Shown here piece after piece: positions 29,471 through 43,536 of a stretch of DNA of 64,000 nucleotides (position 1 is its first letter; every line of letters starts with the position of its first letter). The stretch covers positions 100,750,001 to 100,814,000 of the forward strand of contig OZ024743.1 in the NCBI GenBank assembly GCA_964016885.1, in the 5' to 3' direction. Below the pieces are notes generated by a model that was not told the DNA's origin, made no database searches, and saw only the letters and a list, made by a program, of their open reading frames with translations. Source of the DNA: Eledone cirrhosa (Eukaryota). The position numbers and the translations under genes are program-made.

Positions 29471-29971
29471 TAAGTCTTTACATTATTGTACGTCTTCCAC
29501 TCCTCTCGTGTTTTATATATATTTTCTCTATAACTTGTTTATCACATCTAATAGTAATCATCATCGCCATCATCAACACCACCACATGTATCTTCGTAAG
29601 TTTTACCAAACTTTTCTCGGATTTGCCCAGAAAGAAATCTGTATGTATTATGTTAACTATTTTGTAGAGAAACTAACTCGCAGTATAGGGATGTGAACTT
29701 TCCTGTCTCAATATTTGTCAGTATTCTCGTTCAACCATTGCACTTAAACAATGGTAACATAATGTTGGTGGCGGAGGGGGGGGGGGGGCGTGAGGGCAGA
29801 TAATAAAACAAACTGTTGACAACAAGAACATCCACCGTAGAGACCGGTATCTGCAGTATTCGACTCTAAAGGTGCATAGAAGAGATTGTATGAAGTGGGG
29901 GAACGCAACAAGAGGTAAACAGCTCGGAAAGATGATAGCCATCTGCAGGAAGCCTGGTCAGTGGGTAGGAT

Positions 29972-30104
29972 CCAAGCCAGGCCAAGATGGTGGCAATGGC
30001 GAGAACCAAGCCAGGCCAAGATGGTGGCAATGGCGGGAACCAAGCCAGGCCAAGATGGTGGCAATGGCGGGAACCAAGCCAGGCCAAGATGGTGGCAATG
30101 GCGG
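29972..30104. repeat. 34-bp tandem repeat x4 (ccaagccaggccaagatggtggcaatggcgggaa)
   Basis: Read directly. Confidence 0.95.
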
Positions 30105-30275
30105 GCAAACGTTAGAGCTCCAGATTTTCGTTGCAGATGAGGCGGCGAATGGATAGAACGCTTCGCGGTATTTGTTCCGGCTCTCTGCGGTCTGAGTTCA
30201 AATCTACCCGAGGTTAACTTTGCCTCTCATTCTTTCGAAGTCGATAAACAAAATGCCAGTTCAGTATTGGGGTCG

Positions 30276-30335
<60 letters not shown>

Positions 30336-31455
30336 TTTCTCCAAGACGTCGGTTGTGTTAAGAGCTGAAGAGAGATGGACTCCGTGAGATTTAAAAGCCA
30401 GAGTCATACAGTGTATCACTATGGTGCCCCTACAAGTCCATAAGGACTAAAGGGCCCATGGATGCATGTGAGCACATGCAAGTGATCATCAAAGACAGGA
30501 AACCCTTAATTGTTACATTTGTCTCACATGGAAGGAGATGCGAGATGAAGGGCTCTCTCCATTGCTGTTTGTACATTTTTGATAAATTTACTTTTCTGTC
30601 AGTAGATCTGATATTCTTTATCAATCCCAAATTGGTATTAAGAACTATTTATTTTCTCTGTGTATGTTTGGTTTGTGTGAGTCAACACGAATAAAGTCAT
30701 GTTAAAATCTCAGCCGCTACACACACACACACACACGCACGCACACACAATATCTGATTGAAAAGGCGCCAAATAGTGATGGTCAACCTCATTGTAAGCT
30801 TGACTCATTTAACAGTGTAATGTAGGAAATGATTCTGTAAAAGAAATGGCGGGAGGCCACGCCTGGAATATGTCTTTGATGTGGACCAAACTGGAGTTAA
30901 AGAACAACAAAACTATTTTGGTGTTGGGACAATGTAAGAAACAATTATTTTATTTGTCATCATTCAGATTGAGTAAAAATTGACAAATTTTGCTTTTAAA
31001 CTGATTAAAGGCTCCATTTTTTTTTTTGTAGTTCTTTCTGTTTCATTACATTTTAGTTGAAACACTGGAAGGCAAAATAACAACAACTACAACAACAGCA
31101 ATAATGATAATAGACAAATCTCTGCTTGGAGATTAACAAAGAAAAGAAACTAAATTGATGTGAATATTATGCCCTCTCCCCTACAACAAACACACAGACA
31201 AATGTGTGTGTGTGTGTGTGTTTGTGCGTGTGTTTAAAATATGTATATACACACACACAGATGGAGAAGGAGAGAGAGAGAGTGTTGGCACTTATCGGAG
31301 TTTTCTATAAGCAATCACATATACATAACATATATTGTTGTATATGGTATATGTCAATATATAAGTGAATGTGTGTATAAGTGAATATAAAACACACACA
31401 CACATATATATACATATACATAGATATATACATATTTATACATACATACATATTT

Positions 31456-31580
<125 letters not shown>

Positions 31581-31699
31581 CATACATATATACATATATA
31601 TATACATACATACATTCATATATATACATACATATGTACATATATACATACATACATTCATATATACATACATATATACATATATATATATACATACAT

Positions 31700-31734
<35 letters not shown>

Positions 31735-31779
31735 CATATATACATATATATACATACATATATATATATACATACATAG

Positions 31780-31856
<77 letters not shown>

Positions 31857-32017
31857 TATTACGCTGAAGACGATTTTAATACGAGACATTAGTTGTAACT
31901 ATGGGAAGAGATAAGACCAAAAGAAAAGAAAAGAAAAAAAAGACTAAAAAGAAACGCTAATAAACAATAAGACAAAAAAAAACGTAACACAACAACAACA
32001 CCATCATCACCACCACC

Positions 32018-32051
<34 letters not shown>

Positions 32052-32730
32052 CCACCACCACCAAATAACTACGACTTCTTCCAACGAAAAGAGGTAGATT
32101 GTAATTTTAAAACATCAAAACAAAACACATCTCGATGTGGGCAATCTCATTTAAAAGCGTTTCATCTTATGTTGTAATGTCGTTGTTTTGTTGTTATTTT
32201 CTGTTCTTCTTCAAACTATCATTGAGGGAGAAAAAAACGACGAAGAGAGAAAGAAAAATAAGCAGAATGAGAAGAAGCAAACGATGAAATAAGAAGAGAG
32301 AAGCTGGCTATAAAAATGCAATATTCAAGCAGTCTTTTAGATAACAAAGAACTTACTTCCTTGAAACATATCGATTCAAACCGCACTCAATGTATTAAAA
32401 AAAACAAAAAAACAAGATGGACACTGAAAAATTTCTTTCTTACTATTTATAGTTTCTTTTGAAATCAATGATTTTATAAAACAGCCGAAAAGACGCGGCC
32501 ATCGTTTCTCTGGGGTCTCGTTCTTTCTCTGTGTTTATATATATTTATTTGAATATTAGATTCGAAATGGAGGACGAGTTATTGTATATATATAATATTA
32601 TCAATTATTTATTTATTGACAGCCAGCCATCACCAGAGCCTTAGAGAAGGAAGAAACTCCAACTTCTAAGGAATACATACATAAATATATTAATATAAAT
32701 GCATAAACGACAAAACAAGAAAAGACCTCA

Positions 32731-32807
<77 letters not shown>

Positions 32808-32826
32808 GTATGTATATATATATATG

Positions 32827-32870
<44 letters not shown>

Positions 32871-33482
32871 TACAGACACGCACACAGACATATATATATA
32901 CACACATATATATATATACAGGTATATACACACGCATACACGCGCCTTTTCTTACAAGAATATGATACTTGTCTGGTGTATACTGGAGGATATGCAATAT
33001 ATATCCGCTTTCACCAACATACACATACTAAAAGAAGGAAAGAAGGAAAAGCGAATCTGTGAGTATAGACTGGTAGAATTGACTCTATAATAAAAACCAT
33101 CGACTATGTGAGCAAACACTTTATATATACCTATATAAATTAGAATTAAAATTCTAAACTCCTATGTTTTGTTGTTGTTTTAATGAATACTTCACCAACC
33201 ACTGGATACCACATTTACGATGGATGATTAGCATAACGTTGAGTGCTTTAGTAAATTTGTTGCATCATCGTTTACCAACCAGAACCACCAATTCTATCCA
33301 TTGGTAAACAGCCTAACATAAATTACACGCACGCACGCACACACACACATATATATACACACACACACACACACACATATACACATATATACACATACAC
33401 ATATACACATATATACACATACACATATACACATATATACACATACACACATACACATATATACACATACACACACACACAC

Positions 33483-33515
<33 letters not shown>

Positions 33516-33620
33516 AATATATAGATTTTGAGTATATGTTGGTTGTATACCAACACATCAGTATGCAGGCTGGAGCACTCGACGAAGTGCGCAGGTTGGT
33601 TTGGTTACTCCGGAGTAATG

Positions 33621-33774
33621 TAAAATAAAGTTAAATAAAAAGTCAAATGTTTAAAATTTAGCTTCGTTTATTGCTGCTATATATATTTCAGTGATAGCTG
33701 TCACTGAAATATATATAGCAGCAATAAACGAAGCTAAATTTTAAACATTTGACTTTTTATTTAACTTTATTTTA
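33621..33774. repeat. Near-perfect 154-bp palindrome containing a 3' hammerhead half
   Basis: Centre 33697/33698; GAAA-tatata-TA-gcagc at 33706-33722. Confidence 0.85.
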
Positions 33775-33880
33775 TATAAATATATATATATATATATAAA
33801 TAAATACAATATCGGAGAAAGCTTTTTAGCGATACTCCGGCCAAATTCCAACTCACTCAACAAACATTAGGAAATAAGTG

Positions 33881-34078
<198 letters not shown>

Positions 34079-34226
34079 AAAATTTATATATATATAAATA
34101 TATATATAATCTGGGACTTGACTCTTTCTTCCTCACTTTCCGTTGCATTACCATCTTTGTTTGTTTACTGTCTCGCTCGTTCCCTTATTTACGTGTCCCA
34201 ACGACTTTCTTTAGCCGTTGCTCGCC

Positions 34227-34292
34227 CCAACCGGAGGTATATGGTCTTTAAAGCGATGAAATACCAATGATGGTTGGAAGATCACTGATGAA
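34227..34292 (+). ncRNA. Candidate non-circularly-permuted hammerhead ribozyme with K-turn, copy 1
   Basis: ggtaT-A-tggtctt ... GAAA-tacc ... aagatca-CTGATGA; stems I and III pair in register; stem II is only 1 bp. Confidence 0.5.
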
Positions 34293-34863
34293 GGACTAAC
34301 TTTATTCATATGCAACCCAGTTGCAACCACGCAGCACGTTTATTCTCATATTTACACATATTTTCCCCCCCGCTGTGACCCGTCTATTTCGTTCTTACTG
34401 CTTCCTCTTTCTCTGTATCTTTACCCTTTCTAACAGTCACTCTCTCTGTTAGCCTCTTCCTCACCCTTCACTCACTCACTCTCTGTTACTACCTCTCCTC
34501 CTCCTCCTTCTTCCCGTTTGACCTGTGCGTAATTCTTTGCTTTCACACGCTTGGTGAGGCTGGTTCGCCTTTTTTCTCTCTCTCGTCTACGATTTCACAG
34601 AACTTATGTTCACCGAATTCACAGACTAGATTCCTTCTTCCTCCCGTTAGACCTGTACGGAATTCCTTCCTTGCTCACATTCCAACCAGGTTTGATGGTC
34701 TTTATTCTCTCTCATTCACGATTTCACCGAACTTATATTCATGGAAATTTGGGACTTGACTCGTTCTTCCTCACTTTTCGTTGCTTCACCATCTTTGTTT
34801 GTTTACACTCTCGTGTCCCCTTTATTTACGTTTCTCAACGACTTTTTTTAGCCGTTGCTCGCA

Positions 34864-34929
34864 CCAACCGGAGGTATATGGTCTTTAAAGCGATGAAATA
34901 CCAATGATGGTTGGAAGATCACTGATGAA
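34864..34929 (+). ncRNA. Candidate permuted hammerhead, copy 2
   Basis: Identical to 34227-34292. Confidence 0.5.
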
Positions 34930-35219
34930 GGACTAACTTTATTCATATATATATATATATAGTAGTGAAGGTACAATTGGATTGAGTTGACAGGCGGTAT
35001 GACAAGATGAGCACTCGATGCTATTGGGGGTGCAGCGGATCAATAATAATAATTAAGGAATGAACATAATTGATCGCTCCTCGAGTTGATCGGCAGTGAA
35101 ACATATGTAATATGTAATTAAATATGTATATGATGCAATACTGATTCTTTGTTCCCTAATTATATTATATATATATATAAATATATATATATATAGAGAG
35201 AGAGATAAATAGATAGATA

Positions 35220-37433
35220 ACTTTCTTTTTATTTGCCACCAGGGCATAAAAAAGTGGGACAAGTACAAGGGGGGGGGGGGGTTAGGAGGAGGCAATAACA
35301 ATATATAAAAAATAAAATATAATATATAACAAAAATAAATTTAATAACAAAATCCTCAATAGGGAGGAGGCGCCTTGGGGGGTCGCACACACCCCCGAAA
35401 AAAGTGTGCAACCCTTCTCCCCAGGAGCACAGAGAGGTGGTGCTCCCTTGATCTTTCATCTTCCTCACCTATAGTCTGATGTAGAGTGAAGGCCCATTCA
35501 CACGGGCCATTCTCGCCACTTTCACCCATCTTTCATAAAAACGGCTGGGGTGCAGCACCTCTCTCTCCATCCTGATCCTTCTTCCGAAATGATATCTGAA
35601 GAAACGGACCAGTTGTTGGCCAGAGAGAAAGGTATCTGACCTCAGTCCTTTCAGACGCGTCCACCATACAACCTCTTTCGCCATGGCTATTACGCACAGA
35701 AACACCGCCTCTTCTTCGTTTTTGAAGACGGGAGGCGGCTTGATCGTTACAATAGACTCGGTGGTCAACCGGATCGGTCCCACCCTTGACAGCAGTTGTT
35801 CGACATAGCCCCACAGATCGGCAATGCCCGAGCAGTGTACCAATGCGTGTGCAACGGTTTCCTCGTCGCATACGCATCTGGGACAGATCTTTTTCGAGGG
35901 GTCCCTACCCAGGCGCCCGTGTCTGTAGAGCCTTTCTCGAACGGGCAGAGCCCCTCGGTAGCACTGCCAGGCCAGGAACCTCTGAATGTCCTACCGAACA
36001 GGTTGGCCAGTTCGTCTTCCTCCATGCCTAGGGCTTCTCCCATGGCGTCGTCGCACCTGCTAACCACCAGCCCTCTATAGAATGACGAGGTAGATTCTCC
36101 ACTGACAGCCGAGTCCGCCTGCCAGAGAGCCGTCAGTGCCTAGGCACACTCGGTGTGCCAGGCGCCCAGTTTTCTCGGTCTTTGCTTGACCCATAATTGC
36201 AGCTCGGTGAGCGAGACGAGTCTGGGAAAGGCTCGCCTCACAAACGGGGCCCACACCGGTTGACCGGTGAGGAATACCTGGAGGTGCCGTAGCCTTAATG
36301 CGTGTTTACGTATCATTAGCAACGGCATCCCCAGCCCTCCTTTCGAAGGGTGTTGACAGCAGATGGATCTCCTCACCATAGGAGCCCGCTTCTTCCAAAG
36401 GAATTAGAAGAGTGCGCGCTCCATATTGGCCAGCGTTTCCCTTAGGCAAGGCGGTAGTAGGTCATGCGGTAGTAGATGACGGACGCTATATAAGTGTTCG
36501 CCACCTCCGCCCGACCTTTCAGGGACAGTTTGCACTCGGCCCACTTCTGGGTCAGTGCAAACACCCTGTTCGTTACCTCACCCCAGTTCTTCTCCAGGCC
36601 CTTCGTCCAGCGCCCGACGACACCATCGGAGGGCATCGATCTGCCCCTCCACGTGCCGAGTTGCAGACCGATCGGCTTGTCCCGGTTCAGCTTAGCCCCT
36701 GTAAACCTTTCTTACTCCTCCAGTAAGGTGCCGATCGCCCCGATTTCCGAGGCCGTCGACACCATTACTGTTACGTCATCGGCGTAGGCCGACACCGGTT
36801 TCCGCAATCCCGGTTCCAAGGGGATACCCTGCAACAACTCCAACTTCCGCAGCAGTGGCTCTAGAGTCATTACATACAGAAGGGATGTGAGAGGGCACCC
36901 TTGTCGGATGGACCGCGCGATTTCGAACGGCTCCGAGAGGTACCCGTTCACCTTGACCCTAGAGCAGATGCGGCTGCTGTGCATGGCAGTGGTCCAGCCC
37001 CTGAAAACGGGTCCGAAGCCTGCCGCCGCTAGCACCGCATCCAGGTAACCATGGTCGACCCTATCGAACGCCTTAGATTGATCCAAGTTGATCAGGGCCC
37101 CACCAAAGCCGGGTTCGTTCCCAACCCTCTCTATGATGTATCGCATGAGGTGGAGGTTGTCGTGGATGGACCTGGACCGGATAGCACATGTCTGCGCATC
37201 TCCCACCAGGTTGCTCACGACAAGCGCCAACCTCTTTGCTAGCACCTTGGCCAAAATCTGTAACTGTATTTAGCAGAGTTATGGGCCTGAAATTATTTAT
37301 ATCGTCCCCCTTGTTCTCGTCCTTCCTCACTAGCGTGACTACACCCTTGGTCACAGCACAGGGAATTCTCCCGTTCTGTTGCCAGTTGCAGTAGACCGCC
37401 TCGAGGAGATCGGGGAACAAGTCCGGCATAGCT
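35220..37433 (-). mobile_element. 5'-truncated L1/Tx1-clade LINE (RT, C-terminal CCHC region, 3' UTR), pseudogenised
   Basis: NFRPITLLNT, AKVLAKRL, LDQSKAFDRVDH, SIRQGCPLT, YADD, KGGLG and a HC motif across frameshifted ORFs; 17-bp flanking duplication agataaatagatagata at 35203-35219 and 37434-37450. Confidence 0.92.
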
Positions 37434-37574
37434 AGATAAATAGATAGATAGATAGATAGACAGATATTTGTTTATTTCAGATAAACATGATAGAGAAAAT
37501 CCAATGTCACTGCAAAACACGTTATTTTTTAGATGGCGTGTTTGCGCTACTAAACACACACACACATATATATT

Positions 37575-37646
<72 letters not shown>

Positions 37647-37770
37647 TGTTATTAGATATTAATGATTTTTTTATTTTATAGAAAATAAAAGTGACTTAAC
37701 AGAAGTGACAGGTGTCAGTTTTTAGGTAGGTAGACAGAAACCATGGATATGAATGTCTTTAGATACACAT

Positions 37771-38120
37771 TGTATTCGCGGGTGTTACGTTCCTAGAGTA
37801 CCCGCGAAGAGCGAAAAAGCGTGAATATTGGACGTGGTCCATAAAAATGCTTATAAACATCAAAATATAACCTAAAATATAATAAAAAAAATGAGAGAGC
37901 GTCTTATGCGAAGGGGCATTCAATAGACCGGCAAATACGGTATATTGTTATTAATAATTTAGTGTTAAAAAAATATATATAGCCACGAAAAAAGACATAA
38001 AAAATCGCGGAAGATATTTACGATTCCGCGAATATGCGGTGGTTTCCACGAACAATTATTAGTTAGATGCAAAGGAAAATTCCGTGAATAACGGGTACCG
38101 CGAATGCCGGGGTTAAACTG
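37771..38120. mobile_element. Tigger/pogo-like MITE, second copy (left end eroded)
   Basis: Collinear with 26731-27069; ends cgaatgccggggttaaactg|TA. Confidence 0.7.
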
Positions 38121-39511
38121 TATTTATATTCCACACAACACATAACATTTAAATTTTCAAAATACGTTTATATCTTAATGTCAAATAGAAAGAGAAAAAA
38201 GGAAGATGGAGAGAGGCCACAGCCCGCGTTCTTGGCTGTACGATATATTTCAGCGGATGATGTTGCCATAGTAATACCCCCATTGCAGCCATATCACCCC
38301 ACGAGGATCAGTCAGGTGTGGATGCCCTCATCTGTGTCTGATATTTAGCTGCTTTTACTTGAAGGAGAAATTTCAACTGATTTTACAAGTGTTGTTGTTA
38401 ATGATGATGATGTCTGGTCTATGGTCAGTTCTTCTCCAATAAACCTATCGACCTACCACCAAAAGGTATTCCATAACTATCACGTATCGTTCGAGTACTT
38501 TCTCCAATGTGTTATCCCCACCTTCTTTTTAAGGCGATAAGGTGTAGGATTAGGGGAAGATTTGGTTACGATATCTAGCAAGTAGAGCAACCATATAGAC
38601 GTTCCCTGTATTGTGTTTGAATGTTGGAGTGGGGTGGTCACTTATTAGTATTGAACTCATGGTTCAGCGTGGTTGATTACATGTGTATGAGGGGGGGGGG
38701 GCTGTGAGAGGGGTCCAGCCGGTACATTGTCCCAGGGCCCAGGGGCTAAGAAGACCCCACAGCAACGATGAAACAACCATTTTAAGAAAATTCTTTGCCT
38801 GCTTCAGGCCCCAAAGGGGTCTTGTACCACCTTGCAACATTTCTCTGGGAGGCCCTGTGGTGTGGTAAGGAACTTTATACATAGTAGTCTGCATGTTTGA
38901 ATAGTTTTTTAAAAATATTAATTATGCATTACATATTGCTTTCTATTACATTGACGCCATGCTTTCCAACATAGTTACGTCCCTTTACGATCCCGCCGAG
39001 GTTGACTTTGCCTTTCATCCTTGCGGGGTCGATAAAATAAAGTACCAGTAATGCACTGATAATTGCTGGCCTTGTGCCTAAAGTAGAAACAATTACATTT
39101 ATTCTGAAGTTGTTGTAAGTGAATTAGTAGCTTGCAGAAGAGAGAGGTGCCAGTACAACCCATAGATAAGGTGTCTTCAAAGTGGTTAATATTGACCCCC
39201 AAGGGGTCGATTGAGTAGTTTAGCAAAACCCGACTATTTGTGTAAGAAATGAAAATACATATAAAATTTATAATTTAGACATTTGGAGGGGGTGGAAGTC
39301 GATTAAACTGGCCTTACTACATAACTGGTACTTTACTGTATCGACTCAAGTGGAATGAAAGGCAAAGTTGACCTCGGTAGCATTTGAACGGACAATGTAA
39401 AGAGCCGGACTACAATACAACTTCGCTGCACAGGTTTCTCATTTATATATACATTAGTCTGTAGTTTATAGTTATTTTGTTTACTTATCTGTTTTGAACA
39501 TACCTCGGAAC

Positions 39512-39665
39512 GATGAAAGGGTCAAGGAGTTCATGAAAGGGTCAAAGAGTCCATGAAAGGGTCAAGGAGTCCATGAAATGGTCAAGGAGTCCATGAAATG
39601 GTCAAGGATTTCATGAAAGGGTTATGGAGTCCATGAAAGGGTCATGGAGTCCATGAAATGGTCGA
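39512..39665. repeat. 20-bp tandem repeat (catgaaagggtcaaggagtc), about 7 copies
   Basis: Read directly. Confidence 0.9.
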
Positions 39666-39974
39666 TGGTCTAAATTTTTAGGGATCCTCATCTTTCCTCG
39701 TGAATGTAAGTCTACTTTAAAGACAATTACAAGAAAACCTTTCCCTTGATGTTTTTCTTCAAATCAATACGAAAAGAACAGTTTCAGCTTCAAACAAATC
39801 AATAAATTCTACATAAGTCGACTGAAGGCGCGTGGCTTAGTGGTTAGAGCGTTGGGTTCACAATGGTGAGGCTGTGAGTTCGGTACCCAGATAAAACAGT
39901 GCCTGATGCCTTCGAGCAAGAAACTCTTATTTCACGTTGCTCCAGTTCACCCAGCTGCAAAAATGAGTTGCGGC

Positions 39975-40029
<55 letters not shown>

Positions 40030-40685
40030 CGCGCACACATGTATATATAAGAAGGGAGATAAATCAAATAACACTATCTCCCGTTGCGTGACACGAAATA
40101 TAATATAACTACACAGCACCAGGTTATGTGGATTTTAGTTTTCCTGCTTAGATTATATTTCAACAAGAGTGCATACGTACACAAGACCTAACACAATGCG
40201 TCTTTCTTTCTTTATTTTACGACCACTGAGTGCAATTGGAAAGTCGACATCTGATATTGCAAATATGCTGCCGAATCATATTTGCAGAAATACTTCTTTC
40301 CGCTTCATTCAACTGATTTCTTTTTTTTTTTTTCATATCTTTCATATTGCCAGTCAGTACTTTCACCACTAGCTGGTTTCTCCACTATGCAAATTTGCCT
40401 TCTCATATTTTCCCTAAAACATATTTGTTGTTAACACCGACTGAAAGATGTAAATAGGGAAAATAGCGTCTATAGCATGCAGTGAAATTGCCCCCCTGCC
40501 CAAACACCTGACACCCATCTTTTAGATAACAATAAAATCAGCTCAAAAATACCAATCGCGTTCGTTAATTTTTTAATTGAAAACAATACAATCATTTTTT
40601 ACCTAATAATTTATATAAATGGTTTAATGATCCAGCCACCAGTGTTTCTAGCCTTCTCTTCATCCTTATCTCTGACCACTACTAA

Positions 40686-40779
<94 letters not shown>

Positions 40780-42289
40780 ATAAAATAATCCTTATAAATA
40801 TTTAACCTGAGGGGGCTGGATGCAAGCATGTCGGTTTATCAGAGAAATGCAGTTTTTTTGTTCATATTTACAACATGTCTGACAAGCCCAAACTACTTTA
40901 GTTGTATTTTCACGGTGGTGACACCAAACTATGTAAGTGTTTATATCAAATGTTGATCAAAATGTAGACCGCGGCCATTTTCCTATTCTTTGTCGGCAAA
41001 CAGTGAAAGTATCGATTTGCACTTTTAGTAGTTTCTCACGGCTGCCCCGATTGGGAACGACCAGAAAGTACTCAATACAGTCATGTAGAGGTGGAATAAA
41101 ATTCACTGAAAGCTAAATTTGAGTGTACCGATACTCAAAATTTGCGTTTCCACTTCATACTGCAATTTTCGCCTTTGACCGACCCGAACTGCTGTGCTAT
41201 GTGAGCGAACGCGGAACAACATGGTTTCAATACGAATTTATTAAGCATACAGCCTTGCCTGATACCATATTTATTTACGTTCATCCATTTCGATTCACTA
41301 TTGGAAGATCGTCGGGAGTGAATGTTGTTTATATCTCTTTATATACTCTAATTAACAAAAACAAATAAAAATAAACAACAATATATAAATAGATACACCA
41401 ACAAATTTCCTCAAATAAGTCTATCTGTGATAAACACTGACTATATAACTAAATATGGTGTAAATATAGACTTTATAACTTTAACGATTAACATATTTAA
41501 TTTCTAGCTAATAAATGTCTCTAGATAGACCTGCCTATCTTTATAGGTCGAGATAGTTTGGATCCAATTGGGTAGTTCTGATTATATCGTTTGCGCCCTC
41601 CTTAATGCCATGTAGACATCATGTTGGAGACTAATGGTACTGACATTTACTATCCCTAGACTGGTTGAAATAGTTTATATAGCTTGCATTGCATTACATG
41701 ATAATTATATCATTGTCAGCGTCACTACATCTTAAAGAAAATGGCTGGCATCCCTTCATCTTGGGTGATTATAACCTTGGCCAGGAGGAGTTGAGGTCAT
41801 CAGACAATGTTCATTGGCTGTTTCAACCTTTAACCGGAACACCCGGTTTTCTTAACTATTATTAATAGTTATAGACTATTAGTATAGTTACTTACATTGG
41901 GGTGAGCATTTCAAATTTCAATGATACTTTTAAATGAATTTGGAAAAAGAAGTTATTTAACTCAGAATAAGGTTAGAAAAATAAATAACGTTATAATATA
42001 CTACGGCTGCATAAGGTTAAAATAATTCATAACATACATTTGGTTCCCTTGCGTTTTATTTTCTGGCCAACGCCTCAAACGAACACAAGTCAACCATTTG
42101 TATGATCTGAATCTGATGGCTGGGAATCCATTTTTAGTTGCGGCCAAAATTTTACATCTAAGAGTCGCTAAATCTGAATGGAAAGGTGCATGCTACATAA
42201 GTGAGAAGTGGTATGATTTATGGAGAGCGAGACATGGCTATTGATAAAGAAGGCTGGGATTGTTCGGTGGATGAGTAGAGTATCGCACA

Positions 42290-42378
<89 letters not shown>

Positions 42379-42467
42379 GATGAGATGAGATGGTTGGGTC
42401 AGGTGTTGAGGAAGGGTGAAAGTGGTTGAGTGAGAGGAGTGATGGAAATGAATATGGAAGGAGGTAG

Positions 42468-42663
42468 CAGACATGTCAACTCTCCCCATCCGACGGGGGA
42501 GATCTCCCATCGCCTTTGGGGTAGGTAAGAGATGTCTTCTCTTGTGAGAATGGCTATAGCTTTCATTATGCAAAATCTTCCCATTTTGCCTCATTTATTC
42601 TCGTTTTGGGTCAGTTTTTTTCATGGTACTCCCCGTTGAGGTTTTTAGAGGTTGGCAGGACTG
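42468..42663. mobile_element. Same MITE family, copy 2
   Basis: cagacatgtcaac...gttggcaggactg; flanks aggtag/aggaag. Confidence 0.8.
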
Positions 42664-43481
42664 AGGAAGAGAAAGGCGGGGTCCAAGAAAGACAAAGATG
42701 GAGGAAATGACAGCCAGTAGTTGGTGAGGGGAATGCAGATGATAATTCCAAATGGAGAAGCTTGTCATGGGGTCCGCAACAGCCTTGCTATATCTAAAGC
42801 TAGGTCACTCAGTTCCCTTACATTCTCTTTTCTGATCAACGCCTCAAAACGAACCAAATATCGATAATATTCTAATTGCTTTGATTTTACTTTTCATCCG
42901 TTCATCGATAAGTAACTGTCATAATACTTTGATCGATTCACATATATGTATGTATGTGTATATGTATGTATGTCTGTGTATATGTATGCATGTATGTGTG
43001 TGTGTGTGTGTGTGTATGTGTGTGTGTATATATGTGTATATGTATGTATGTGTATATGTATGTATGTGTATATGTATGTATATTTGTGTGTATAAGTATG
43101 TATGTATGTGTGTGTATATGTATGTATATGTACGTATGTATGTATGTGTATATGTATGTATGTATGTGTGTATGTGTGTATGTATGTGTGTACATATGAA
43201 TATCTGTATGTGTGTATATATGTATGTATGTATGTGTGTATGTATGTATATGTAAGTATGTATGTATGTATGTGTGTGTATTATGTGTGTGAGTATGTAT
43301 GTATGTATGTATGTATGTATGTATGTATGTATGTATGTATGTATGTATGTATATATGTGTGTATGTATATGGGGGCCTTTATTCTTGTGGCCTGGTCTAG
43401 TTGATTTTTGTATGGTTGATTGTGCTGGTTGGGAGAGGAAGTGGTGTATGTTTTGTCTAATAGTTCTGAGGACATGATTTA

Positions 43482-43531
<50 letters not shown>

Positions 43532-43536
43532 GTATG

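Larger units (their letters stand above)
34113..34948 (+). mobile_element. Family B element: about 198-bp direct repeats (34113-34311, 34751-34948) around a pyrimidine-rich core, flanked by (TA)n; pLTR- or retrozyme-like
   Basis: Direct repeat visible with offset 637-638; each repeat carries the permuted hammerhead-like motif; a related diverged element lies at about 63287-63760. Confidence 0.7.
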
